Assembly (NCBI GenBank): GCA_002269645.1
Contig: NIVC01004331.1
Coordinates: forward strand, 18,179 to 68,343
From: Macrostomum lignano
Lineage: Eukaryota
Reading direction: 5' to 3'
DNA: 50,165 nucleotides
Of this stretch, positions 35,356-47,332 are shown in pieces; position 1 is the first letter of the stretch; each line of letters starts with the position of its first letter. Under the pieces are notes generated by a model. The model ran no database searches. It had not been told where the DNA came from and saw only the letters and a list, made by a program, of their open reading frames with translations. A program made the position numbers and the translations under genes.

Positions 35356-36351
35356 GGTGGCAGTCTGGAAAGGCTTCATCAGGCCGAACAGCTGCTCAGA
35401 ACCAGCCGACTCAGTCGTCAAGCCGGCCGTCGGCTCGGCCAGTCGCGCCGGCTGCAGCAGCTGGAAATGAAAGCGGGGGTCCGGCGGCAGGAAGCTGAGC
35501 TGGCGCAGGCGCAGCGGCTCAGGGAAGCTGCTGTGTACGGACAGCCAGCGGCATGCCGGCCGGCCGGGGTAGCCGGCTTCCAGCAGCGGCCTCGCCGGGA
35601 CAGGCGTCAGGACGCCGTCGGCTGTCCGAAGGACGTACTGCACCGACTGGGTGGCGCCCCGCTCCGTCCTGATGGCCACATCGTCGATCACGACGCCGTA
35701 GAAGTCGGCCGGCGGCCGGACGGTCAGCACGAAGGCGGCCGACTCGCCCGGGCCGAGACGTCCGGCGCCGGAGTCGGCCCGGCGGAGCTCGGCCAGCGAG
35801 CTGTGCACCGACACGGATTCCAGCGACACCGGCAGCGGATTGTCGTTGCGCAGTGCGAACTCCAACGAAGTGACCGCGTCAGTGGCGACGGTGCCGAGGT
35901 CGAGAGAGCCGGGCTCGGGCTGCGGCCTGCCGGGCAGCAGGGTGAGGAGACCCGTGTGCAGCAGGACCGGCAGGCTGGCAGCGGTGGCGTTGCTCCGCAC
36001 AGTCAGGCGGAGCTCAGCCTGCCGGCCAGCCGCGGCGCTGGCGTTCAATCGAAGCCGGAAGGGCGCTGCCGTCTTGCCGGCTGGAATCAGCGCCGGCGGC
36101 TTGAAGCCGACCACGGACAGCAGGCCGTCGGCCGACTGCGGCAGCTCAACGCCGGTGACGGCCACGGTTCTGTCGAACGAGTTCTTGATTGGCACCGGCC
36201 GACCTTCGCTAGCATCGGCATCGGCGGTGTCCGACTTTCCGCCGGTGTTGAATACGGTGGCATTCTCGGCGTGCGTCAGTGCCCCGTGCAGCAGGCTGGC
36301 CTCGTAGGGCACCGAGAGCAACTGGCGGGAGTCGCCGCCGCGTAGGATGAT
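35356..36351 (-). CDS. TMEM131: TMEM131 exon 7 of 13
   Basis: cacag|IILRGGDSRQLLSVPYEASLLHG..LDLG..LRNDNPLPV..VHSSFP..TAT|gtgagt; 996 bp = 332 codons. Confidence 0.92.
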
Positions 36352-36718
36352 CTGTGCGGACCGGGGCGGGAATGCAACGCGGCGATGGAGACGGATGCTG
36401 GGCTGAAGATCTCGGGCCATGGTGGGGAATTTCCCCCAGCTAGCACTTTTGCTCTTGGCCAGGGAGTGGGAATTCCCCCCTCCCCCAGCGGACCAGATAT
36501 ACAGATCTTGGCTGGAAATTAATTCCTATTAGCGAGCAGATCCTGAAGGAAAATTAATTTCCCTAGCAGAGCAGATCCGTGGGGGGGGAATAATTCCCCT
36601 AGCAGGGCAGATCTTGGAGGGAAATTAATTCCCCTTGCGGAGCAGACCTACAGATCTTGTTGGAAAATTATCCTGCTATCCTGCTAAGAATATCTACAAC
36701 AGAAGCCTCAAAACTCAC

Positions 36719-37264
36719 ATTGCCAGTCCAGTGCAGCCTGCGGTCGGCGGCCTTGGCCGGATCGAAGACGACAATCGCTACGGGAGTCTCGCGGGCCGGG
36801 CCCGGCAGAACTTGCACGGGCCGGAACAGCAGCTGCACGGCAGGATTTGGCGATTCCAGCTCAGCTGACGATACTAAAGTTGGCTCAGAGTACAGGCTGG
36901 TCACCCTTATCTGCAGTCGCCTCTGCTGCTCGCTAGACAGCATCTGACCAAAGTACAGCCTGTCCGAGCATGAGTACAGTCCCGGCTGGCCGGACACCTG
37001 CACCTGCACTGGTAGCACCAGGCCGGGACCGCCCAGGCTGGTGCGCAGACGGACAAACGCGCTGTGATTGGCTGCCGATCGGCCAATCAAACGGAGCCGC
37101 ATCAGGGTGCGCGTTTCGTAAGGCGGAATCCGCCAGGGCGACTCGTCTAGTTTAGCGGTTGAAGACGACGACGAAGTTCTTGGATTTGACGACCACGAAT
37201 TGATGCCGATGCCGGAGGGCAGTTCGAGATGCAGATCAGCGCTGCTGCTGAACATCTCAGTTAC
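36719..37264 (-). CDS. TMEM131: TMEM131 exon 6 of 13
   Basis: cccag|VTEMFSSSADLHLELP..WRIPPYET..NHSAFVRL..LPVQVQV..PGLYS..LYFG..WTGN|gtgagt. Confidence 0.94.
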
Positions 37265-37377
37265 CTGGGCGAGTGGGAAATGCGAAAACATGTTCATTTC
37301 TAAGAAAAATCTAAGACTTTCAATATCTAAATACAGAAAACCTAAGGGTGTCTGACTGTGAATCACAGAATCTAACA

Positions 37378-38210
37378 GCGATTCTAAGAAGCTGAGGGCA
37401 AATGTTTTTTATTTAGGGCGATTCTTGGAATCTGAAGGGCGATTCTAAGAATCAAAATTTTAGGTCGATTCTTAAAATCTGAGGCGGTTCTAAGAATCTG
37501 AAGGCGATTCTAAGAATCTGAAGACGCTTCTGAGAATCTGAGGGCGATTCTTAGAATCTGATGGCGATTCTAAGAATCTGATGGCGATTCTAAGAATCTG
37601 ATGGCGATTCTAAGAATCTAAGGGCGATTCTAAGAATCTGATGGCGATTCTAAGAATCTGATGGCGATTCTAAGAATCTGAAGGCGATTCTAAGAATCTG
37701 ATGGCGATTCTAAGAATCTGATGGCGATTCTAAGAATCTAAGGGCGATTCTAAGAATCTGATGGCGATTCTAAGAATCTGAAGACGCTTCTAAGAATCTG
37801 ATGGCGATTCTAAGAATCTGAAGACGCTTCTAAGAATCTGATGGCGATTCTAAGAATCTGAAGACGCTTCTAAGAATCTGATGGCGATTCTAAGAATCTG
37901 ATGGCGATTATAAGAATCTGATGGCGATTCTAAGAATCTGATGGCGATTATAAGAATCTGATGGCGATTATAAGAATCTGATGGCGATTCTAAGAATCTG
38001 ATGGCGCTTCTAAGAATCTGATGGCGATTCTAAGAATCTGAAGGCGATTCTAAGAATCTGATGGCAATTAAGAATCTGAAGGGCAATTCTTAGAAGCAGA
38101 AGGGCGGTTCTTAGAACCTGAGGGCGATTCTCAGAATTTGAGGGCGATTCTTAGAATCTGAGGGCGATTCTTAAAATCTTTGGTCGATTCTCATAATCAG
38201 AGTTCGATTC
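37378..38210. repeat. 20-bp minisatellite ttctaagaatctgatggcga in intron 5
   Basis: About 40 units with degenerate edges; interrupted palindrome gattct-a-agaatc. Confidence 0.95.
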
Positions 38211-38232
38211 AAACCAAATAAATTTGTCTCAC

Positions 38233-38469
38233 CTGCAGCGGCTCTGAATTTGGATTGTACAGCTGCAAGCTGGGCGCAAAGCTGGCATTCAGCGGAATCC
38301 TGGCGCCCAGCATGGCCCTCACCCGGTAGGGGCTGGGCAGGCCCACGCCGAACACCTGATAGCGGTGCTGGCCGGCCGAAGTGCGAATGTACAGCGTGTT
38401 CTCCGTGGTGCCAGCTCGGGTGGCAAGGAACACCACATCGAAGGTGGCGTTGCCGCCGGGTGGCACCGT
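38233..38469 (-). CDS. TMEM131: TMEM131 exon 5 of 13
   Basis: aacag|TVPPGGNATFDVVFLA..ENTLYIRTS..YQVFGVGLPSPYR..GARIPLN..NPNSEPLQ|gtgaga. Confidence 0.96.
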
Positions 38470-39939
38470 CTGTTTAATTAATTAGATAAGTTTACCTATA
38501 CTTCGAACGAAAATGTAAAGAAATTAAAGTACATTGCTTTTCTTAACTGCACTCATTGTTTAAATTTTGTTACTAAGATTTGCGGATTAAAAACTACTTG
38601 TAGATTGCTTCAGAATTCTGAAGTCTTAATTGAACTAACTGATCGACTGCTAACCAGATAACTTCAATTTCCAAACCATGGATTACTAACCAGATAGCTC
38701 AGATGCTTAATCGCTATCATGGATTACTAACAAGATAACTACATTTCCTAATAGGGTTCACGGCCTACTAAAACAGAATATTTAAACAGAATATTACACG
38801 CCTGTAAAGTGCATCTAATTAACTCAATTTGGTGCCTGGAAGCTAGAAATGTTATTTTAAAAGATTTATTAAATGCGCTAAGCGTAGTCATGGACTTCAA
38901 AGCTAGAAACTGGACTGGAAACTGCTCACCAAAGTTGTAATTTTGTAAGGTATAATAAAAAGAGCTACTAAAGCGTTACTTATCCGCTCAATAAACTAGC
39001 AGATTTTTTTAAAAACTTTAACAAAAACCGCTTATAGTCTTCAGAGATTAAACGGAGGTTTCTCTTTCCAGACGCCTGGTTTTCAGATTCCATGGCGTGC
39101 GACACGACGGCGAGGTCGTCGAAACGCCGCCGACGCGTTTAAATAGGAGATAAAGAGAGAGGGACAGAGAGAGAGGGAAGGAACAAGATAACAAGGCCAT
39201 AAAAACCGATGCAGCAGAAGAAATTTTATTTTTTGAAAATTAAAACACATCAAGGCCTAATGATAAACCCGCACAGCCCCAATGCGGCCCTGCTTAACTC
39301 TTGCATGAGGGGGAGAGAGGCAGATGAAGATGACACGGGCTGCCCTGCCTATTAAGCCTGCATAGCAACTCATAGCTAGGCCCTGGCATTAGCATGCAGC
39401 GGACTGCAATAACACAATAGCTATAAGCCAGTAGAGGGGCGGGGCTGCCTATTCTGCAAATCCTGCATAGCCAGTTCACCTAAAAAGGGGTCCCCAACTG
39501 CTCATACAGCTCACACACATGCTCTAAACGGTTCTCTGTCCTCTAGGAGAGGAAGATAGCGAGAGAATGAGAAGTGTAGAAATTTATGCAGCCATCGCTT
39601 TTTAGCTCTAACGATTTAACAGGGATTGGGTGGTGAGTGTGAAGTAGGCCTGTACTCCAGTACTAGCTGTACAGCTGGCCTGTAGATTACAATACATGTA
39701 GTGCACCGCCGGTGCGCATTTTTGCTGCAGTCGTGCCGACCGTTGCGGACTGCTTTTATTGGGAAAAAGTTTATCGACTTAAAAAACGAAATTTTTAAAG
39801 TGCAATAAAGCGGATTCAGATTTGCTTCGCTTCAGGGCTGATTAACACAGCAATCAAATTCACACGGGAATGAAAGTTGATGCACAAGTAGTGTGATAAC
39901 ACGAAATTTGGCCTCGTTTGATGAGTTTATAGTCTAAGC

Positions 39940-41731
39940 CTGAGGATATGGGAGGCTCCAGGAACTGAGTATCTAGGAGGGTAGCGATGGCCCAGTAACT
40001 GGGGATCTGGGAGGCTGACCCAGCAACTGAGGATCTGGGAGGCTGGCCCAGCAACTGAGGATCTGGGAGGCTGGCCCAGCAACAGAGGATCTGGGAGGCT
40101 GGCCCAGCAACTGAGGATCTGGGAGGCTGGCCCAGCAACTGAGGATCTGGGAGGCTGGCCCAGCAACTGGGGATCTGGGAGGCTGGCCCAGCAACTGGGG
40201 ATCTGGGAGGCTGGCCCAGCAACTGGGGATCTGGGAGGCTGGCCCAGCAACTGAGGATCTGGGAGGCTGGCCCAGCAACTGAGGATCTGGGAGGCTGGCT
40301 CAGCAACTGAGGATCTGGGAGGCTGGCCCAGCAACTGAGGATCTGGGAGGCTGGCCCAGCAACTGAGGATCTGGGAGGCTGGCTCAGCAACTGAGGATCT
40401 GGGAGGCTGGCCCAGCAACTGGGTATCTGGGAGGCTGGCCCAGCAACTGAGGATCTGGGAGGCTGGCCCAGCAACTGAGGATCTGGGAGGCTGGCTCAGC
40501 AACTGAGGATCTGGGAGGCTGGCCCAGCAACTGGGTATCTGGGAGGCTGGCCCAGCAACTGAGGATCTGGGAGGCTGGCCCAGCAACTGAGGATCTGGGA
40601 GGCTGGCCCAGCAACTGAGGATCTGGGAGGCTGGCCCAGCAACTGAGGATCTGGGAGGCTGGCCCAGCAACTGGGGATCTAGGAGGCTGGCCCGGCAACT
40701 AAGGATCTGGAAGGCTGGCCCAGCAACTGAGGATCTGGGAGGCTGGCCCAGCAACTGAGGATCTGGAAGGCTGGCCCAGCAACTGAGGATCTGGGAGGCT
40801 GGCCCAGCAACTGAGGATCTGGGAGGCTGGCCCAGCAACTGGGGATCTGGGAGGCTGGCCCAGCAACTGGGGATCTGGGAGGCTGGCCCAGCAACTGAGA
40901 ATCTGGGAGGCTGGCCCAGCAACTGAGGATCTGGGAGGCTGGCCCAGCAACTGAGGATCTGGGAGGCTGGCCCAGCAACTGGGGATCTGGGAGGCTGGCC
41001 CGGCAACTGAGAATCTGGGAGGCTGGCCCAGCAACTGAGGATCTGGGAGGCTGGCCCAGCAACTGAGGATCTGGGAGGCTGGCCCAGCAACTGGGGATCT
41101 GGGAGGCTGGCCCAGCAACTGGGGATCTAGGAGGCTGGCCCGGCAACTGAGGATCTGGGAGGCTGGCCCAGCAACTGAGGATCTGGAAGGCTGGCCCAGC
41201 AACTGAGGATCTGGGAGGCTGGCCCAGCAACTGAGGATCTGGGAGGCTGGCCCAGCAACTGGGGATCTGGGAGGCTGGCCCAGCAACTGGGGATCTGGGA
41301 GGCTGGCCCAGCAACTGAGGATCTAGGAGGCTGGCCCAGCAACTAAGGATCTGGGAGGCTGGCCCAGCAACTGAGGATCTGGGAGGCTGGCCCAGCAACT
41401 GGGGATCTGGGAGGCTGGCCCAGCAACTGAGGATCTAGGAGGCTGGCCCGGCAACTGAGGATCTGGAAGGCTGGCCCAGCAACTGAGGATCTGGGAGGCT
41501 GGCCCAGCAACTGAGAATCTGGGAGGCTGGCCCAGCAACTGAGGATCTGGGAGGCTGGCCCAGCAACTGGGGATCTGGGAGGCTGGCCCAGCAACTGAGG
41601 ATCTGGGAGGCTGGCGGTAGCCCAGCAACTGAGGATCTGGGAGGCTGGCGGTAGCCCAGCAACTGAGGATCTGGGAGGCTGGCGGTAGCCCAGCAACTGA
41701 GGATCTGGGAGGCTTGAGCCCAGCTACTGGG
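39940..41731. repeat. 28-bp minisatellite, locus 2 (TMEM131 intron 4)
   Basis: About 63 units of cagcaactgaggatctgggaggctggcc. Confidence 0.97.
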
Positions 41732-42420
41732 TATGTGAGAGACTCTGGAATCTACGAGCAACGAATTCGAACAACTACGACTTTTGTTCCATTTTACTGA
41801 ACTATTCGAAACACCGTTGCAAACAGCCCATGCTCAAAATCAATTCGATTTTCTCCAGAAAACTATAGAAAGCACTGAAGAATTATTAGCGGCGCAAAAG
41901 GAACGCAAAAGGCTCTAGCAAAACTGTTTGAACTGAGCGCTTTCCAAAGAAGAGAAAATTAATTCCAGGAAACAGCTGCCAGCTGCGAGTTCTTGCAGAC
42001 CGTCAGAGAGAAAAGGAACTAATTGGAATTGCGATATCAATCAAGTTGGCCGTCCAATCATCAAGCGAACCCTCGAACTTCTTTTTCACTGCCCTGAGAG
42101 ATAGCGGGAAAATTAACAAATTACTGTCGAAAATTGGAAATAACCAAATTTCCGAGCTCAGTCCGAGCCTAGCGGCATTTATCTAGAGATAATTGTTAGA
42201 CTAATTTGGCGAAAGCCCGTCCCAAGCAAACCATTTCTTTTTCTGTTTATTACCGACTTAGGAAGCATCGTTTAAGTTCCAATTTAACAAGAGGCGAAAT
42301 GATTGCAATAGCATAAAGATAAAAACCTATGTGCCTATGTACTCGTACTTTCACAAAACGGTCATTAGTCAGGTGACTTTTAAAAAATGCACTCAGTCGC
42401 GAATTTAAACACCAACGTTC

Positions 42421-42590
42421 GGTCACGTGATTTAAAAGAAACGCAAATTGATCACGTGAATTCCAACTGAATCACGTGGTTTGAAAATGAAACTTGGTCA
42501 CGTGATTCAAAGAAGTGCAACCTAGTCACGTGATTCAAGAAAAGCAAACTGATCACATGATTTAAAAAAGCACAACTGAGTCACGTAATT
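42421..42590. repeat. Degenerate 29-bp repeat with an E-box (tcacgtga) in each unit
   Basis: Seven spaced copies of tcacgtga or close variants (tcacgtgg, tcacatga, tcacgtaa). Confidence 0.75.
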
Positions 42591-42662
42591 TAATCTAACT
42601 GCAAACATGTTTAAAAGACAATTAAATGGCTAAAATCACCCAGTACTGCACAGATCGCTTAC

Positions 42663-42786
42663 CTCAGTCTTGAAGAACGAGCAGTGAAAATGCGGCGCAG
42701 TGGACGATATGGACAACAGCTGCAAAGGCTGACTGGTGTGCGTGTTGAACACGAGCACCTGCTCGAGACGGGGCTCGCCAATATGA
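42663..42786 (-). CDS. TMEM131: TMEM131 exon 4 of 13
   Basis: ttgcag|T HIGEPRLEQVLVFNTH..LLSISSTAPHFHCSFFKTE|gtaagc matches the TMEM131 N-terminal domain (HFHASFF). Confidence 0.92.
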
Positions 42787-42877
42787 CTGCAAATATGCCA
42801 TATATCCAGATATATACATACTCAGAATGAATTAGCTCAACAGAAGTTATAGAAAAAAAGTATTTTGCTTAACTTAC

Positions 42878-42946
42878 TGCTCTTTAAAATCTAAGAATGG
42901 TGGCTCAAAATGTAGATGACTGACTGGGAGCTTTGACTTTGGGCTG
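42878..42946 (-). CDS. TMEM131: TMEM131 exon 3 of 13
   Basis: tttag|C ..LHFEPPFLDFKE CA|gtaagt matches FEPPMLDF; NAGNAG acceptor (tagcag). Confidence 0.9.
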
Positions 42947-43023
42947 CTAAAAAAAGAATGCAGAGGTATTAACTTTACTCTACAAATACTTCAATAAATA
43001 TTATTTCAGCTCAGGTCACTTAC

Positions 43024-43105
43024 TTTAGGGCAGACAATACATCTGAAGAAAATTCACCATTCCCATATACATTAAGGTCCAAAAGCCTGCTTGTCTGAAA
43101 GAACT
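43024..43105 (-). CDS. TMEM131: TMEM131 exon 2 of 13
   Basis: tttcag|AG FFQTSRLLDLNVYGNGEFSSDVLSAL AA|gtaagt; phase 1-2 fits. Confidence 0.78.
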
Positions 43106-43656
43106 CTGAAATAGAGAATAGTGAGATTTGAAAAATATGAGATCAATTTTTATAAAATTAAATCTGTTTCTTTAGACATACAATAACTAACATTGAGCTA
43201 TTAAAAAGCAAAAAATCAACATAAAGCAATTATGAAATATAATAAAGGCCACCAATCATATATTTATAAGTGTATCTAGTCATTGATTTTAGTTTTTGGG
43301 AATATATATCAATATATTCAGCTTGATAAAGAATTCAAAAATAAAAAAGAATTGTCACAATAGTAATAAATTTTGAAACAATTTTAGAATATCCAATTCT
43401 TGATATTAAAATAAAAGACTAACAAAGAAAGGCTAAGAGGTTAGAAAAAATCTAAAGAATATCCATAAAAGATAGAGTATTTTGTTTTTGTACTTTTATA
43501 AGTAATTATTAAGCTCATATAAATTTTTAAGTTAGCAAAAGTAAATACAAGTTGAATGTTATATTTTTTAATTTTCATATAATATATATTTTTATTAAGC
43601 AGTCATTACATGATTATTAGATTCAAGCAAACAATAATTCAAGAAGGAAAACTTAC

Positions 43657-43759
43657 CTTGGCCTGAGTACTTTTGGTCGGACGCACAAAAATACAAAGAC
43701 TCGATGCAAAATAGAATTAGTAAGCATATTGCAATAAACTTCCACATTTTGACTTTCAT
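43657..43759 (-). CDS. TMEM131: TMEM131 exon 1 of 13 (signal peptide)
   Basis: MKVKMWKFIAICLLILFCIESLYFCASDQKYSGQ G|gtaagt; hydrophobic signal peptide and a perfect donor. Confidence 0.78.
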
Positions 43760-44922
43760 TAAATTTATTTAAACAAGATAGCACAATAGAGCTATCAAAA
43801 ATGGATTTATGATCGTTTGACTTCGAAATCAGTATCCAATAGGAATCAAACTTAGATTGCAATCAACCAAAACTTGTGACTGTAAATAGTAATTTTTGTG
43901 GCCTAAAGAATAGACAACAAGATCAAGACTTTTATTGCAGTCAGTGACACGAAATGAATTTTGTGTTGCTAATTTAATTGGAACAGACTGTGACAATATG
44001 GTAGGTGTATAGTGTGTGCAGTCCAAAATAAAAACAAGAAAAATAGAAAGAAATTTTTGATGAAGAAAAGCTCATCTGAATGCAGATTTGGACTTGGACT
44101 CGAACGAATCAATGGAACATTAAATCAACGTTCGAACTGCAAAAATAAGAATGATTTGAAAGCGTGCGGCATGCTGTTTCTATGAGAAACATCGTTAAAA
44201 ACGATTTAAAAGGCACGATAACTAACGAAGAATATTAGTGGATTTTTTGTTTTATCCTTTATAACAGTTTAAACATTTCGTATAAAACATAATTATAAAA
44301 GATTATTATTGACAGAAAATTTGTAAAACAGAGATCTGATTTGGAACAATGCATTTAACTGTTACCGTTTTTATGGTCCCGCACATGTATGCCCTTGTCT
44401 AGTTTTTTAATCACAAACAACAGATTTTTGTCTAGTGATCACGCATAAATTTTTCTAGTGTCACTAACTAGTTTTCAATAAATTTCTCGCGACACCTTGT
44501 AAGACCAATCTTAGTAATGTGAACTTATTCACATCAGACAGCTTTGATTTTCATGTCGATACATAATATTTAAGCACTTTGGTTACCATTATTAGTCTGC
44601 CATAAATTGAACCACTAGAGAAGCGTACACTCGAGTATACATGTAAATTGTGCAATAACTTTCTCAAGCACGGCAGAATAACATTGCATCCATATGCTAT
44701 ATAGATAGTGACAGGGTTTTACATTATAGATCACATACATGTACATGTAGAAAAATCGTGAAGGCAATTTGGTTTAGTAAATTTGGTAGCTGATTTGCCA
44801 TAGACTAATATTTAATTATTACGAATTTCGCAACACCCAAATTGCTACATCGGGTGTAACTTGGTACCTTAAACCGATAACCGCAGGCTGAGTTAAAGCA
44901 AGACAAGTTCATAATTCCACTT

Positions 44923-46163
44923 ATGGATGCAAACAAAACTAATAGCATCGCACATGATGATGAAAGAGATTTGGACTGTTTTGAAGCAACCGTGGGCGAC
45001 AAAGCAATCAAGATTGACAAGCGCGACGATGATATCATAATAAACAACGAGTGCAAGCGAATCATGCGGAATCTCTGCAGCACACCTGTCGGTCGAGCAA
45101 ACTTCGAATCCGAAGTGGAAGTGACACAGCCATCATTTCTGACACCAGAAGATCGCATTCTATTCTTTAAAACAAAAATGTTTTACTTGCTGCAGGAGCG
45201 CCACTGCTTTCTTCAACAGAGCAACCGAGCAAAACAATGCGGAGAGAAGTTAAATAGTAAAAGAAAGAAAACAATATCAGAGGCCTATCCAGTTTTTTGT
45301 CGCCGTTTGGTGAGTCCGTCGTAGATCAGGACTTGCCGCCAAGCAACAGTCCGGTTAGGAAGCGGTACCGCAGCGTAGTTGGCTCAGAGTTGCTGAAACC
45401 GGACGGCGGTAAAAGGACTGCTTTGTTGACCAAGATTCCTTCAACTAACAAGATGCAAGCCAGCTCACAGGTCCATAAAACGGGGATGAGCAGGTTTCTA
45501 GAAAACATCCGCAAAGCTGATCTGTCGGCAATGCGCATGCTGGAAGAGAAAATCCTCAAGACAATGGAAGGAGCCGGCTATGCCTCACTTTTCAAAGATG
45601 ATGTCAAGAAAATTGAAGTGCTCCTTGACATCTTTGCCGATTATAATCTTCTAATGCAGGATGGAAAGGACGAGGAGAGCATGCTAAACAATTTGGCCAA
45701 TCACGTTCGAACTCGTATTAAATACTTTGACAAGCTGCAGCAGTTCTACGATAATCCGATTAACCGCGACGATCATACGGCGCACGTGTTCAGCATACCT
45801 AACATGGATGTGGCCGACGTGCACGAAGAGCTGGTCAACCTCAGGCCGAAGCGGATGCATCAGCTAGACGAGAAGAAAATCAAGAATCTGTACGCATTGT
45901 TCAAGGACGACTATAGTACAGCCAAAACCACCCTAATTGCCGACGGAACTCAGCCGGTTGTGCTCAACAGAAAAAAGATGGACCGAGTCAAGCGATACGT
46001 CGACGAGTGCTTAGATTGGAAAGGCGCTACACTGGTGCCGTACGTTCCGGAGATGAACTTCTTCGGCCTGACGATATTATGGAAACGGGAACAGGAGTCT
46101 GTGAAATCCACCGACACCGATATTGATGCTTTGAAACCTAACCTGGAGAAAGACGGGGACTAA
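44923..46163 (+). CDS. Intronless hypothetical protein (about 413 aa) split by an apparent 1-bp deletion at T6 45293-45298
   Basis: ORFs 44923-45324 and 45297-46163 join if T6 is T7 (1242 nt = 414 codons). Globular, non-repetitive composition; no family recognised. Confidence 0.6.
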
Positions 46164-47332
46164 TACTTTGTTGTTATTGATGCAGCTGTTTTTTTACTTT
46201 CTATCTGTCGCTTACTTTTAATATGAACAAAAGAAAATACAAAGGCATGACTGTACCCTTTCTTACACACGCTTGTCTTTAGTGTACGCACAACCGTAAT
46301 ACCCGAGGTAAATCTATCGTATATAGTAACAGAAGATCATCAAGTATTTCCAATGTACAAAGCAAAGAGATCAGCCAGAAAAGATTGTCGAAAATTCAAG
46401 TCAAGAAAAATAGTTTGCTATTAGTCAATAGATAGGTACTGTTTTGATTTTGTTGTAAAATACAAATATAACACACAGATCAAGCGTAACCAGTAGACAG
46501 TTGTAAAACAATCCGAAATCAAGCAGTTTGCCGAGTAACTTTATGCAACGCGCAGAATTGCATGTACGCGACTGGGTTGAACCCGAATTCAAAGTGACCA
46601 GGTCAGCAGGACACAAACTTATAAATATAGATTTTCAACACAAATTCTGGCTAGAACAACGGGGTGTCTCAATAAGAAGGATCGAAAATAAACATCATAT
46701 GGTGACATTACCTCTCGTCGGAGAAGTTCAAAACCCAACTGTTCAGTTCTTAACACTTGTAAATTTTTGTTTGTAACGTTTCAGCTACAACAGATAATAC
46801 TACTAGAATGACCGACAATAAGTTTTCAGATTTGCTGCTGTCATATGCATTGTCTAGCAATTTGATGGTCATTATTCACATTTTTAACGCAGAACAATCA
46901 ATTACTACAAGCAATGAATTGTCTGTAGGATCGTCAAACAAAAAAACAATGCAAAGAATTAGCGGTCGCAGCACGTGACAACGAATTGTCTATGGGCGCT
47001 TGCCAGACAATCATTGTCACGCACTGGGACCGCCGATGTTGCAATCTACAACATGATGATTGGCCATAGACAAAAGTGCAGCTGCTAAATCCGATTGCAC
47101 GCTGGGTTGGGTGGAGTGAAAGGCATCCAACTGGACTCAAGAATTGATGCAGTGTAAAATGCAGCCGAGTCCTATCCAGCGCGTCTTGCCAGAGTGCATT
47201 TTAAATGATGGAAGGCATCATTCGAGTTTGCTACTTATGTTAATAGCAGTATCAGTTCGAGCTGAAACTTTACTGACAAAAACTTACAAGTGTTTACAAC
47301 TGAGCTGTTTTTTTTTATTAGAGGCAGGGGGT

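Noticed and set aside
35352-35356. Apparent loss of the TMEM131 Cys motif and use of a shifted donor
   Set aside because: Resolved by the 76-bp exon at 35251-35176, which supplies CFD..C..DCYVG and the correct phases.
44390-44475. CTAG motifs as a Helitron terminus around the orphan ORF
   Set aside because: No convincing GC-rich subterminal hairpin, matching 5' TC end, or Rep/helicase sequence.
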